A DNA stretch of 63,352 nucleotides, filler included, from Platydemus manokwari (lineage: Eukaryota): the NCBI GenBank assembly GCA_037951405.1. It is 6 parts of 6 records of this genome, joined end to end, with 100 filler letters (N's around TTAATTAATTAA, not from the genome) between each part and the next. Parts side by side here need not be neighbours in the genome. Positions count along the whole stretch, not along the records: positions 25,825 to 35,851 come from JBBMOY011177766.1; positions 35,952 to 44,872 come from JBBMOY011329539.1; 4 more parts are not named here. The stretch is one strand, 5' to 3'. Shown piece after piece: positions 27,977 through 41,099 of this stretch (positions within the stretch are counted from its first letter, which is position 1; each line of letters begins with the position of its first letter). Below the pieces are notes generated by a model. It saw only the letters and a list, made by a program, of their open reading frames with translations, did not search any database and was not told the origin of the DNA. A program made the position numbers and the translations under genes.

Positions 27977-29790
27977 AGTAAAAGAACAGACGCTGGGAAA
28001 ATCATAAATTATACGCAAACAAGATATATTCAGTGAATTGAGGGGGTCATATGATGTTCATGTTACAATATTATTTAGTGATCTTCATTTTGTATTTTTT
28101 TTTATTAAAATAGATTTAATTGAAATTCTTATTTACGCATTATTTGACAAAACTCAAATATTTATTGAGATTCGTCAAGACTTCTCATTTTGCTGTAGAA
28201 TCATTTTTAAGTGAAGCATAATTCCCAAACTCAACGCGCTTACTAAGCTATATTTGTTCAATTGTTTTCAAATTCAAATTATCTAATACTTCAGAAATTT
28301 TTTTAGCTAAACTACTAATGGTATGATTGAATTAATATAGGATAATTGTCAAAATTATATTACTAGGGCAATCAAATTGAAAATAATTCGGCATTTAGTT
28401 TCAAGATTTGATCGCACTCTACTAGAAGCCCATGAAAATGAAAGAAATAGTTTAGCAAAAATAAAATAAAAATCATAACCTATTTGTTTTTAAATAAATA
28501 TTTATTTTCCGGTTTTAGTTTGGTTTAGCCTTTTGCTATACAACAAGTTTTCAAATTTTTCCACGAAAAGATTTTCCACACATAATTTCACTGTAGTCAT
28601 AATACATTTCAAGTTTGGATTGGATATTAAATATTTTTATAAGAAAAATGCTAAAAGTTGAAATTAAACGCTTGAATATTTTTAAAAATTTCAATTGCAA
28701 CTTGTTGTTTTAATAATAATGGTCAACTTAAAAAGTGCTTTTGATGATTTAAAAAATATATTAATTTCTTCAAATCAAAATAATTTGAAGTCTATCGTAA
28801 AGTACATCAATAATGTCGATTTTGATATTTTAATTTATCATTCGGTATATATTTTTTTGCTATTTGATAACTTAAATATTATAGGAAATTGCCAATGTAA
28901 AAATACCTACATGTTGCCATATCGTGTCAGGTAACTTTTATTAAAAAGTCTAGTTTATTATTTAAAAGTAACAATAGAAATCAACAATCAAACACGAATT
29001 AAAGTTAATCGTTCAATGGTTTATGAAATAATGGATAATATACATCCTCCAAATTTGGCTCCTGGTTTTCCAACAATTTATAATAAAGAATCTTTATTTG
29101 ATTTTCATAAAAGGATATTTCAAAATTCCATTTTAAATTTTCAGCATTCATTTCAAATGTAACATAAGTTATCACAGTAACAATATTATGATAGTTATAG
29201 ATACATTGATATTCATATCGAAATTCCTAATTTAAATGTATCAAATATTTCCCATGATATGTTTCAACAGCATATTTTGTCTATACAGCAACATATAAAG
29301 TTAGCTTTTGAAGAAAAATTCAACTCGAATTTGGAATCAGATGATTTAATAAGTATTGTTTTACACCAGTTGGATATATTTTAATTTTTTTTCCAGACCA
29401 ATTTATTGAGAAAAATTCTTATTTACTTTCTAATAATATTCTGGTTTTTGAATTTATGCGAAACAAATCAAAAGTTTTATTCTCTTTAATAAAAATTTAT
29501 TTTGTATTTTTTAAAGAAAGAAACTAAAATCCATATTAACCCGATCGGAAATAATATCAGTGATTGCATTTTTATTTGCTATAATTACGCTCGGATATGC
29601 AGTATCTTGAATAATATACCGGGTAAAAATAAGAGATTTAATTAATGAATTATTATAATGATTTAGCTGTGGATCAATCTTGCACCATAAATGAAGATTC
29701 CTTGAATAATATAATAACCAATGTAAGTTTGGAATTAAACATATTGCAATCAGAGTTTGAAAAAAATTGTTTTCATAAAGGCTTTTATTA
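27977..29790 (+). pseudogene. Possible decayed multi-exon single-pass membrane protein gene
   Basis: A run of coding-like blocks separated by about 40-60 bp GT-AG segments, e.g. EIANVKIPTCCHIVS|VTIEINNQTRIKVNRSMVYEIMDNIHPPNLAPGFPQ and YIDIHIEIPNLNVSNISHDMFQQHILSIQQHIKLAFEEKF. A TM-like EIISVIAFLFAIITLGYAVS*IIYR follows. Several in-frame stops. Confidence 0.3.
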
Positions 29791-30630
29791 AAGAGATTTG
29801 AAAATTTATTCATTAATAAATAAAGATAAACATTTATAATCGAAATAAAGTATTTTATCTAAGCTTTATGTTACATAAGAGTATAATTTTAAAGCAGTTT
29901 GTCCCATCTTATTTTACTTAATATAAAAGATCTAATAGCGATCATTGTGTGCAGAAGTTTAATATTTCAAAATCTATTACCCATGATCCACTTGACAATA
30001 TTTTATATTTCGTTGCACAAAGATTAATTGCAATTATTAAAATTTATTTTTTTAAAAAATGTATAAACTGATGCATTATAACAAATACATTTTTAAATTA
30101 TATCACATAAGTATATTCAGTGGCCAAAATATAATGGTTTTACCTAGAAATTACGTTTTTGATTGAATATATTTATTCAGGAAACTTGGTTCTTAATATG
30201 GGGAGAAATTGATTGTTTCAATAACACAATTTCATCTGTTATACAGAAACAGGAGAATAAATATCATTATGATATATACAAAGTAATTTATTTCGTTACT
30301 CTATCATTTAATTAATTATCGATCAGTTGTGCGTATATTTGATCAGATTATCCAGACATTTTAGCGTTTTCTACAACAGAAATAAAATAATAATTGTTAG
30401 TATTTGTGATTTTCTATTTTTACATTTACATATATTTTAGAAAAGCAAAAACGATGCTGATAATATACGATTTAATATCTACTCTAAGTTACTTGTAACA
30501 TTGAAGAATATTTATGAAACATGTTTCACAATTTTTGGCATGTCTTTTATTTCAATATTATAACGACGACAAAAGATTTATTGAAATTTAATTTGGCATA
30601 AAAAATTAACAATCTGAATGATGAAAACTT

Positions 30631-32322
30631 TTAAAATATAATGTCATCTTTGATTTTGAAGTATTTTAAAATTGTTCTCGATTTAGTTATATCATTATCA
30701 GTTATTTTGAGTACCAGTTTTGCAACTTTTTCGTCTATTAAATCATGTTCAACAAGAATTCTTGAATTTATCTCTAAATCATCAATTAAATTATTTTCTG
30801 GATAACATACATCATTTGCTATTAAATTCACCTGAATTCCTTTTGACGTATTCGATGGTTCTTGAAAATCCAAAGTTGCATAATTTAATTCGGGTGTTAC
30901 GTCATTATTTCTAGGTAAAGCTTCATTATCACTACTTGAAGAAATATTAGAAACTGACATTTGAGATCTGGGTGGTAAGGGCGGTGCGTTTAACTTTTCA
31001 ATGTAATCAAACTTATTGCTGTACGGTTTAACAATTATTTCTTCAACTGATTTAATTTCCAACCTACAAAATGGACATGTTTGCCCACTAGATAATTGCC
31101 ATGAAAGTAAGCATGGTCTGCACAATAAATGTTGACAAGGTTCCAAGCGAATATTTTTATCGTTTTCAGAACATATTTTGCACAATTCAAATGTTGAATC
31201 CATTTCACAATATACTTTGTACTGTTCATGTGACACTTGTATGTGAGTTTGAGTTAAATTATGAACTAGTGAATATAGATCTTGATAGCCATTATACGTG
31301 GTGGAACCATTTGGATATTTGTAATATCCCTCTTTTTCCCCGTCTAGAAGAGCTCTTGCTAAAGATTTGTTTTGAATAATAGTTTGAAGAATTTGTTTGT
31401 CTTCTGTTATGTACCCGATTGCCCATTGGCCTAATTTTGTACAACTAGATCGAAAAACAAAAGTACCAGGACCAGGAAAATCAATAAATTTTAGTAAAAC
31501 TAATCTGACATCATCGTAAGTCATGAAAGACATGTAACCAGGATGCAATACTGCTAAAGCTTTCCAAGTTTCTAAAATGTTATTCCAAGGTTGAAATAAT
31601 CGAACAAAAACATCGAATTCGTAAATTGTGACATAATTATTGCAACATAGATTAATCGTATTTTTCAAAGCCAAGCTCTGACTTAAATCATTTAACTTAT
31701 AAGTTTGTGCCAAAGATTCGTAGAACGTTTTCCAAGGAACTATAGTTTGGTCATTGAAATTAGTTTTCCACCAATTTGCAGCATCTAGCTTTGTAATTCG
31801 GAACATGTCGACGCAATAAATTCCTTTTTGAAAAAACTCATAAAATGTTTTGTAGAGATGCGAAAATATCAAGGATAACCTTGTTAATTTTTTCCTATCG
31901 GGAGAAGTTATATCGAATATATCTTTGCCCTCTTTAAAATTTTTTATAACTTGCTCGGATACATTCATAACAGACAAAAGCATAACTTTAAAATATGTAA
32001 TACTAAGCAGTTCATCCATTCTATTTTTATAAGACAATATAATGTGATTTAGCAACGCTTGCATATCATTGATTGTACCAATTAAAAAAGGAGGACTATT
32101 TTTCAAATGAAGTTTTGAATTCTGATAGGATTTTTCGCATTTCTCTAATAATTTCAAAGTATTATCGAGAGATTTCTTTTCTATATTTGAATTAGAGGAA
32201 TGGCTATTTATCGAAAGTAAATTCATTAATCCAGATCTTCCAGAGGGTTCCGAGAATACATTATGAAAAAAATTCATTACTTTTTTATTTGATGGAACTG
32301 CACTGAAAGACACATCAGCCAT
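30631..32322 (-). CDS. CBL: E3 ubiquitin-protein ligase Cbl (TKB-linker-RING-Pro-rich-UBA-like), single coding exon, 563 aa
   Basis: 4H bundle LKNSPPF; EF-hand YEFDVFVRLFQPW; SH2 FRSSCTKLGQWAIGY; linker EQYKVYCEM; RING CKICSENDKNIRLEPCQHLLCRPC...CPFCR; PPLPPR; UBA-like C-terminus VLKITDNDITKSRTILKYF. Confidence 0.97.
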   Translation of the reverse strand: MADVSFSAVPSNKKVMNFFHNVFSEPSGRSGLMNLLSINSHSSNSNIEKKSLDNTLKLLEKCEKSYQNSKLHLKNSPPFLIGTINDMQALLNHIILSYKNRMDELLSITYFKVMLLSVMNVSEQVIKNFKEGKDIFDITSPDRKKLTRLSLIFSHLYKTFYEFFQKGIYCVDMFRITKLDAANWWKTNFNDQTIVPWKTFYESLAQTYKLNDLSQSLALKNTINLCCNNYVTIYEFDVFVRLFQPWNNILETWKALAVLHPGYMSFMTYDDVRLVLLKFIDFPGPGTFVFRSSCTKLGQWAIGYITEDKQILQTIIQNKSLARALLDGEKEGYYKYPNGSTTYNGYQDLYSLVHNLTQTHIQVSHEQYKVYCEMDSTFELCKICSENDKNIRLEPCQHLLCRPCLLSWQLSSGQTCPFCRLEIKSVEEIIVKPYSNKFDYIEKLNAPPLPPRSQMSVSNISSSSDNEALPRNNDVTPELNYATLDFQEPSNTSKGIQVNLIANDVCYPENNLIDDLEINSRILVEHDLIDEKVAKLVLKITDNDITKSRTILKYFKIKDDIIF

Positions 32323-33999
32323 ATTAAAAATAAATTAGTTTATCTAAAATTGAAATTAAATAATCTCATTGCTTATCATTAATAAAACAAGTATTAAATT
32401 TATAAATTGACTGATTTAAACCAACTTAATTTCACTTTTTATATTTATATATAATTAATAGTTTGATTAATTTTTGCGTAAATAAACATATTTGTGTTAG
32501 GAGATTAATAGAAGGAGCAATAATTAATTTTCATTATTCAGTGTTAACTACAACTTTATTTATCGGAATGTGAGATATTAACTTAACCTGTAATTATAGC
32601 AAGCCATTGTTATTTCATCTGTTTATCTACAAATTTATTGGTGCGTATAGTGTAGTAAAATCACCTGATAGTTGAAATTTAGTTTGGTTATTATATATAT
32701 AATTATATAATATTTCTTTGTTGTCAATATTTTACTATTTGTTTTTAATGAGCTAAAGGGGTGTGTCAGTTGTGTAACACAGATATATAATAAAAATGCA
32801 AGCAAAATAGGTATGAGAGATATTTAAATTAATCACCAAGTTCATAAAAAGTTAATTATTAAGTTCGTTATTATTAAGATCACATTCTAGCGTTGAAGTT
32901 ATGTATAGTTTTTAAATTGCGTTCATGATTCAATGATCGAAATAACTATGAGTGATTGTTAAAATTTTAAACTTATAATTCCAAACTGATTCTCCAACCC
33001 TGATACCATAAACCTTAAAATTTCCTCAAAGACTTAAAAGTTAAGACATAATTAAAATTTTTTTAAATAATGTGTTATATTATATTTTAAAATCTTTAAT
33101 AAATAATTGAATTTTTAACTATACTGACGGTTCTCTAATCGGTCCTTACCTTCATTTCTTACATTCCAATTACTGAGAATTTGTGCATATGTACATATAA
33201 CAATTTTTTAGTGATTTAAATAAAAAATGGGTGCACATGATTAGAAATTATTTATTATATTCTTTATCTGGAATTTGACCAATACTTATTATTATAATGT
33301 GACAATTCATGGAAAACAATGATAAAATCTGTTTATAAAATGATATTTATGCAATACCATATGGAATATTAATAATAATTATTGTCCACGAATATTTTCA
33401 AAATAATGCACTTTAACAATATTTGTAAAACCCTCGTGATTTCCCTTATAATATCTTTTTCATAAAACAACATAAGAAATAACCTATTACATGTTAACCT
33501 CCAAAACATTAACAGATAATTTGTCACATTATCGCGCAAAATAAATGGTGGTAATGAATCAAATATTCAGTAAGTCTTCCCAAGACAAGTGAGTTCGATG
33601 AGGCTAGCCTGACGTAAATTCAAACTAACCCTCTCGACTATCAGTCTATTTAAACAATACAATAACTTATAATGATTACTTATTATATAAACACTTTTTC
33701 TAAATCGAAACAATTTTTAAAATAAATCATAAACAAAACCAATTTAAGGAGAATAATCCGTTATTGAAACTGATATAATTACAAATGTTTTCTTTATATT
33801 ATAAAGGACAATGATGAACAGTAAGTTTATTTTAATTAATTGATCGGACCAACAATCGCTTTAATTATTTTCAACAAATACGTATTTTAACTCTCGCAAA
33901 TTATGGTAGGAAATGGTTGATTCGAATTTGACGAAACAACCTTGTAAATACGGATTTAAGAAAAATATAGATTTTACAATATTAACTTAATCTTTTTAA

Positions 34000-34830
34000 T
34001 CTTCGAACCTTTAAGTTTTTACCGTCTTCACACAATATCCAGAATTCCCAGTTTTGTCTCAGTCATAGTTTATGTGCTCTTCGGAGTTTGTGGATCCTTC
34101 TTCTTGAGAATAATATCGTAGGCAGCTGTTCTTCTTTAGAAATAACTTTTTATCGCTAATATTTTTATGGTCGAAATTTTATGATTTGAAACCTATTTAT
34201 ACTATTTTGGAAGTGGAAGTTACATATATCATTAGCCCATTTTAGTGCAGACTTTCTTGATTCAAACTCCTCAATTTTTCTGCGGCTTTTCAATTTGCCT
34301 TAGCCTTTTGTCTAAAGCCATCCTTTGCTCTCTTTGTTCGACTTGTTCTCTTAGTTTCTGTTCCACTTGTTTTTTCTTTTCTTCGTCTCTTTTGAACCTT
34401 TGTTCTTTCTCCCTTTTTTCTGTTTTATTTTTAGTTTCTGCATCTCTACTTTCTTTTCTTCCTTTTTTGCGTCTCCTTTGTAATTTCACCTCTCTTTCTT
34501 TCTTCTTTCATTTTTCTATATATTTCTAACTTCTGTTTTTGGTGTTCCTTTCAGTAGGGTCCGCCTTACAAAAATCATTTATTTCTTCCACGTCATCGAG
34601 GACTAGAGCATCCTGGCTTGAGATGCTAGAAACCTTCTGTATGGTTGGAAGCAGTAAAATAGGTGTTTCGCGATTGAATTGTGGTTGGACTCTGATGCTT
34701 TGGACCCGTTGTTTGGTTATATAAATCATTTCTCTACTTCAAATATCCCAGTTATTTTTTTCACAAGGGTTACCTGGGTCTTACTTAAGTAAATCCGAGT
34801 CCTTTTCATATATGGTCTAGTCTTCTGCAT
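34000..34830 (-). mobile_element. Degraded K/E/R-rich coiled-coil ORF, possibly a retroelement ORF1 relic
   Basis: Consecutive minus-strand fragments (34526-34729, 34271-34489) broken by stops, with no introns and no diagnostic motif. Confidence 0.25.
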
Positions 34831-36197
34831 TATTAATTGCAATACCCAAACAAAGTACACTTATTTCAACACCTCAGAAATTTATAAATCGATGATTGTT
34901 AATCGAATTGTTTTCAATTTGTTTATAAAAATATCACAGACTTTTTGATAGGTAGTGAACATATCATTAAATAAATTGGAATGATTTCTAAGATTGATAT
35001 GATAGAAGGGCTATTGGAAATTAATTTGTTTAATAATGAGAACTTTATGATTATCAAAGTAGAAGTTTTGTTATGAACACAATTTTAACATAAATCATTC
35101 CTAAACTTAATAAGAAAAAGAACCTCTTCTTAAAAACGATAAGGATTTTTTTTAACCTAAATACTACAAGTGATCATAAAGTATAAAATAATAAAATTAT
35201 AAATAATATTTGAATTGAAAAACAATAGCAAAACTGATAACACAAAAATACGGAACCATATAGACAGTGCACTAGCAGATGTGCGATACCGTCAATGTTC
35301 AAAGGTAGAAATGAAAGAAGTAGCAAGAAACGACTAAAGATTAGATTAATGAAATATAAATCCACAATTACAAACTAAATCTTTCAGTTAATTACTACTG
35401 ATGGGTAAATCTCCATGAATGAATAAGAATTCCGGTGGGAAAATGATGATTGGAAAGGTGCGATTATTCAAAAAACAATGCCACAATCGGCTTACTTGTC
35501 AATACTTACTTTTGGAAGTGGATTATGATTTCTTTGTTGTGTGTGTCGACCCCATTATTTCGTTGATTGACGATTAAATTAAATTGGACAGTAATTCTTT
35601 GATCCGCTCATTAAAATTTTCGGGAATTAAATTAATTATTTGTATGTAGTTTTTAGTATTCTACTTTTTAATAAATTTACTTTTCATTATATTGTCATTC
35701 ATTATTTTATCTTTTACAAATTAATTTGTCAATTTTTTTTGTTCTAAATTACGATAATAATTATTTTTCTATTTAATTATTAGGTGTATAACCTTAAAAT
35801 TTCGGTTTTTTTTGAAAAATATTTATTTATTTAAAGTACATTTTGCATAGTNNNNNNNNNNNNNNNNNNNNNNNNNNNNNNNNNNNNNNNNNNNNTTAAT
35901 TAATTAANNNNNNNNNNNNNNNNNNNNNNNNNNNNNNNNNNNNNNNNNNNNTCATTAATGTTTCTTTAACTGATAAATTTAAACAAGTTTAATTATATAT
36001 ATAACAAATAATTATCGAAATTATAATTTGTAAGTTTCATAATTAAAATTATAAATAATTAATGTTTGAATCTGATGTAAATTTAAGAAAAAAACAAAAA
36101 AGCAATGATATAATTGAAAAAAACTCATTTAATCATTAAATAAGAAATCTAAAAAAGTCCTCATATAAATTTTCAGCAATAATTTAAAATTCATTTT

Positions 36198-37235
36198 TCA
36201 GTCCACTAACAATTCAAACTGAACCGAGCCTTTACCTTCTTCAAAATCGACATCGATATTGTCAGCAATAGCCCAACAACGAATCATTATAACAATATTT
36301 CTCGTGACCCCAAAAAATTTCACCCAAATGAAAGGATTTTGATAACTCCGCTGTTTCTTATAAGGGAAATAATAATTTCTAATAACACCAAAATCTTGAC
36401 TACATCCACCATCTGTATCCGGAAGAAGGGCGTTAGTTCTCCGACTTGCCGATTCCTCATCGAAATAACAAATCGTTACAATTTGCTTCTTATCAAAATC
36501 ACTGACACCTTCACATTTAAACTTAATGCCAGGAAACCCATGAATAGCTGATTCGTTTTTCTCTTGTTCACTGAAGGTCGGTACCCAACCAAGTACTTTA
36601 TTCAATCGTAAAATAATGCAAGGATCCTCTTCATCATACCCATATAAACTGCCAATATTACACCCCACTGTTCCGTGATCAATGGGAAATTTACAAGAAT
36701 ATTTCGGATGATCAAGATAAGCAACGTTTTTCGAACAGTCCATCAATCGTGAACCTTGTGTGTGTCTTTCATAGGTTTGTATAAAAGCCATTAAATCATG
36801 GACAACACTCGCTGACAAATAACGCTTTCCTATTTTATATCTTATTAAGGATGTTAATGAATCCGGTCTCGGTAGAACTGACAATCCCGGTTGCATATTC
36901 AATAACGAATCTCGACCAGTTAATGGAGGAATATCACGATACAAAACAAAAAAATTTGCCATGACAAACATGAATATACTCAAACCTATTAAAATTAAAT
37001 ATTGAATCAAATAAAATCCAACCGATTTCAATATTGAAATATAGAAATTTGATTGGTTAAGAACTTTGAATTTTGAATTACATTTCAGAAAATCAATCCT
37101 TCTCAATTCGAATCCGTTTGGTCGTTTCGAGTTGTTCATTATTATTAAATGATGAATTGCACAATACCGCAAAGCTTTTATATAATTTCCGATTGATTGA
37201 CATCGCTCAATATTCATACTTTTACACACATACAC
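36198..37235 (-). CDS. Na+/K+-ATPase (X,K-ATPase) beta subunit-like; start codon uncertain
   Basis: Single TM (VGFYLIQYLILIGLSIFMFVM), QPGLSVLP, YGYDEEDPCIILRLNKVLGWVP, KCEG, YYFPY...YQNP, IRCWAIADNI and terminal GSVQFELLVD. The three canonical Cys pairs are present. The track start is a GTG; in-frame ATGs follow (MNIERC, MNNSKR). Confidence 0.9.
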   Translation of the reverse strand: MYVCKSMNIERCQSIGNYIKALRYCAIHHLIIMNNSKRPNGFELRRIDFLKCNSKFKVLNQSNFYISILKSVGFYLIQYLILIGLSIFMFVMANFFVLYRDIPPLTGRDSLLNMQPGLSVLPRPDSLTSLIRYKIGKRYLSASVVHDLMAFIQTYERHTQGSRLMDCSKNVAYLDHPKYSCKFPIDHGTVGCNIGSLYGYDEEDPCIILRLNKVLGWVPTFSEQEKNESAIHGFPGIKFKCEGVSDFDKKQIVTICYFDEESASRRTNALLPDTDGGCSQDFGVIRNYYFPYKKQRSYQNPFIWVKFFGVTRNIVIMIRCWAIADNIDVDFEEGKGSVQFELLVD

Positions 37236-39202
37236 TTACGGTTGTAATGCTTGCATGTGCGTATTTTGGATAGGTTTCGGTCTATGAAACATGAGAACTT
37301 CAATAAACATACGCATTATATATTTCCATTATTAATAATTATAACATAAGAATGCAAACAACGAATGAAAAATTTGAAAATCCTGATTAGGAATCAACCT
37401 TATTTTTAAAAAAATACTTCTAAATGTCAACATTCTAAAAATATATAAAACGAAGTATAAAACACTATTCCCATGAAATAAATAGAAATATTTATTTCAC
37501 AGACACCTCTTCCATTAAAATCTTTCTTAATGTATTATCATTGACTAAAATAGACATAGTGGCGAATATATGAGAAAAATGCTATGAAACAGCATAAATG
37601 AACTTTGAATATGAATTAATTATATAGTTAGCAAATTATCTCATAAATATTTAGAACTATAAAATTTTTTATCAAGGACAAGACAATCATATATTTTATA
37701 AAAGTACACAAACGTTATTTCAAGAAATACTGGTTTGAAAAAGTACACACAATTCATTTCATAATGTATATAACCCACTTCAAATTGAATCAAGTCAGCC
37801 ACATTTTGAAAACGAATATATTAAAACAAGCTCATTTTTGTCAAAATGTTATTTTTATATCATTTTATAAATATGTTAATCCAAAATTTCACATAAATAT
37901 TTAGTTTATTAAAATATTGGTATTAAAATTAAGTTGAAAAGAATTTAAATAGTTATTTCAAATGTGGTTTCTTTTATAGTGGTTTTTTATCATTTCTAGT
38001 GAAATTTCTTATGAATTATCAACGGGGTAAATGTTCGATGAAAATGGTACTCATTGGAGATAATACCCGAAAATATTTTTATTGATTCTGATAAGTAAAT
38101 AGTATTTATGATAACTTTTTGGTAGCATCAAATTAGATTAAAAGTTATTAATAGCTTCCGCCTATTCAAAATAGAAGTTCTCATGAAATAAATCCCAATG
38201 TTTTCGATAACTCACAACAATAACACCTATAACTAAATATTTGAATTATATATAAATTGCCGACAAAACATTCATTTAATGATTGTTGTCTGTGTTATTA
38301 GATTTTATGGAATTCGTGAAGTAAATATAATGTATTTTTCTAAATATTTAACCCAAATTATTTTATACTTTATCTATACTTAATTCTAAATTTTAAAAAC
38401 AAATCCAAAACAAGTATCCATTAATATATTTTCGGTATTACTGATTGACACGATTATAAGTCAAAATTATGGAATTATAAACGGAAAATAAAGTAAACAC
38501 TAATAAAGACACCAAATACTGTAACGTACGGAATATTAAATTTATAAGACATAATATAATAAGTTAAAAAGGGATCGCGTAAACATGGAGGTTTTCTATA
38601 AATTGATTTGAAAGAAAACAATGACTTCTAACATCGTCTGATACGAAACTATAAAATTTTGAAATTAAAAAACCTTAACAATTAAACTATGAATTGGATA
38701 AAAATAAAATAGAATAAATAAAATTGTTAAAGCTTGTATTTTTTACATCGCCAATAAAATTTTGACCTTTTAGATTTAATATCAATGTGAGAAATTTTGC
38801 CAGGTTTTCTTTGACGTTTCCAATTGTATTGGAACAATTGAATTGCAACGATTTAACAACAGAAAATTATAATTAAAAGTTGACAACAAAAAAAATTAGC
38901 ATATTCAAATTCGAAATGTTGACCAACCAATATTTGGATTGAAGAATAATTGATAGAGTGCTATCGAATATGTAAACAAACAACAAATTCAATTCAAATA
39001 AACTCGATGTCGAACTTTTGGGTGATTTATATAGATGTGTGTTTGAATGGATTTTGAAATCATTCATATAAACAATAAAAGATTATTTATACTTTTGAAT
39101 AAACCATTGAGTAAATAAATTCGATATTAGTTTTCTAAAATAAAATATATAGGACGACATGTAATGAATTTGAGTTATTATTTATGTAATTTATTAATTT
39201 AC

Positions 39203-39250
39203 AATAATAATAATAATAACAATAATAATAATAATAATAATAATAATAAT
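39203..39250. repeat. (AAT)n microsatellite
   Basis: About 16 AAT units with one AAC interruption. Confidence 0.9.
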
Positions 39251-39321
39251 TAAAATAAAAAGATTACCTCTACAAAAGCATAAATTAAAAAAATGAATTT
39301 GAGTGCTTACCTTTCCTTTGG

Positions 39322-39433
39322 TTTTCCAAAATTTTGGAAATAACCTACCCATAGATTTGTTGATGTTTATGGTTTTTCCAAAAATTTCGAAATAACCCAC
39401 CAATGATTTGGTTATATTCATAGTTTTCCAAAA
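39322..39433. repeat. About 51-bp tandem repeat, a little over 2 copies
   Basis: ttttccaaaa..tt.gaaataacc..cc...gattt units recur from 39322, about 39373 and 39424. Confidence 0.65.
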
Positions 39434-40339
39434 ATTATTTTTAAATTTTTAATTTTATTTTTTCGTTTTTTTCTAACTATAATATTAAAAATAATATAAT
39501 AAAAATAATATTAATAATAATAATGATAATAATAACGATATTAATAATAATAATGATAATAATAATGACTCTACATACAAACACCGTGAGAGGGGAAATT
39601 TTCTTCATAGATACTCAGTGTCTCGATAATTTCAAATTTCATCGATAACAATTTGTATGTTTTGAAAATCGTTCACATTGTTGTGTTTTATGCTACTGTT
39701 TAGGTGGGTTTGAATCTAGCACATATTTAGAAGGGTATTGAGAAGGGTTTTGAAGGGGTTTCAAGCCTCAGTTAAATAAAATTTATATCATTTGATCTAC
39801 TGAACCCATTTTAATGAATTATATATCAAATTGAAGGAAATTTAATGGGGAATTTAAGTAAGAACATCTATATATAAATTTCTGAAGTCTAGTAAATTCC
39901 AATTGTCATTGAGCTTCTTCTAACTTTTGTGGAAAATCATTTATAGCATTTAATAACTGGTTTTCAGTAATTTTGTATTCTTCAACTTTTGATATTTTAT
40001 TTGAATATATTTCTTTTGTAATAATATTTTCTTTTCGAATAAGTAGTGAGTTTTTTAAATTGAAAATATGTTGGGTTGGGGGTGGTGGATTTAACTATCC
40101 ATTTACTCACTACTCACATTAGGCATTTTATTATCTTAATGATGATTTTTATATTTATGTGTTTATGCTTTATTATTTTCTCTTTTTTATTTTTTGTTGT
40201 GTTTTATTGATGACAATTCCATTTTCTATTTATTAAAATTAGATAACACTTATTGGTCCAATTTATATGTGGAAATATTCCATTTTGTATATAATAACCA
40301 TATAAAGCCTACTTAATGCACATTCTTTGCTGTTCTTTT

Positions 40340-41060
40340 TAATTGCTACAATTCCATGTTGGCGAAATCTGTATACGTGGGATACCTCGGTACTTGATCT
40401 ACTTGATTATTATATACATGGTTCCAAATGGACAAAATAAGATTGGTTTCGTCATTAAATGTCATATATGCATGTATAATACACATATTGACAATTTTTG
40501 TTGCATATAAACTCATTAATGTATATCTGATGTTTGTACTCTGACCTATTTATCTGATTTTACTAATGGTAATCATATTGAGTTAATTTTGTATGCTTTT
40601 TACTTCCCGTATACCAGGATCCATTTTAGTTGCTTCTTACATTTGAAGACTCATCATTCCTTTCCATACAGTTTATCCTATGTTCAGTTGTCATACTGCA
40701 TAATTTTAATTTTAAAGAGTTTTTTTAGGTTTTGTTTTATTTTCTCAACGAGAATACTTAAGGATATACACGGATAGAAAATATATTATCATTCATTAAA
40801 TAATTAGATGTGATGTTTGTACTATTCTGGATTTTGTTGATACTTTTCTTGTGTTCCATCTAGATTTCTTACATCTTTTTATAAGTCTGAAACGGGAGGT
40901 TTTCAACCACCTAGTTTATCCAAATTCCTTTTTAAATACATAGAGTTTTAATTCTGTTCTCTCTTTTACGTATATTATTCCTTGATTACTTAATGCTATA
41001 GTGTTATTACCCTTCTTGGTGTAGTCTTCCTCCTTCATTTATTACTGCATTATCTTTATT
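40340..41060 (-). mobile_element. Non-LTR retrotransposon 3' relic, copy 1
   Basis: 40500-40830 is collinear with 43095-43435 (tttatctgattt, atccatttt, gaagactca, tcctttccatac.gtttatc, ataattttaattt, tttctcaacgag, cattcattaaataatt). Confidence 0.55.
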
Positions 41061-41099
41061 TATTCCTCTTTAGCATTGCAATAGTGCACTAGTGAAGAA

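Noticed and set aside
29608-29610. In-frame TGA codons suggesting a variant genetic code
   Set aside because: TGA is the true stop of the beta-subunit and GPCR genes, and TAA/TAG stops and frameshifts also occur in the decayed loci.
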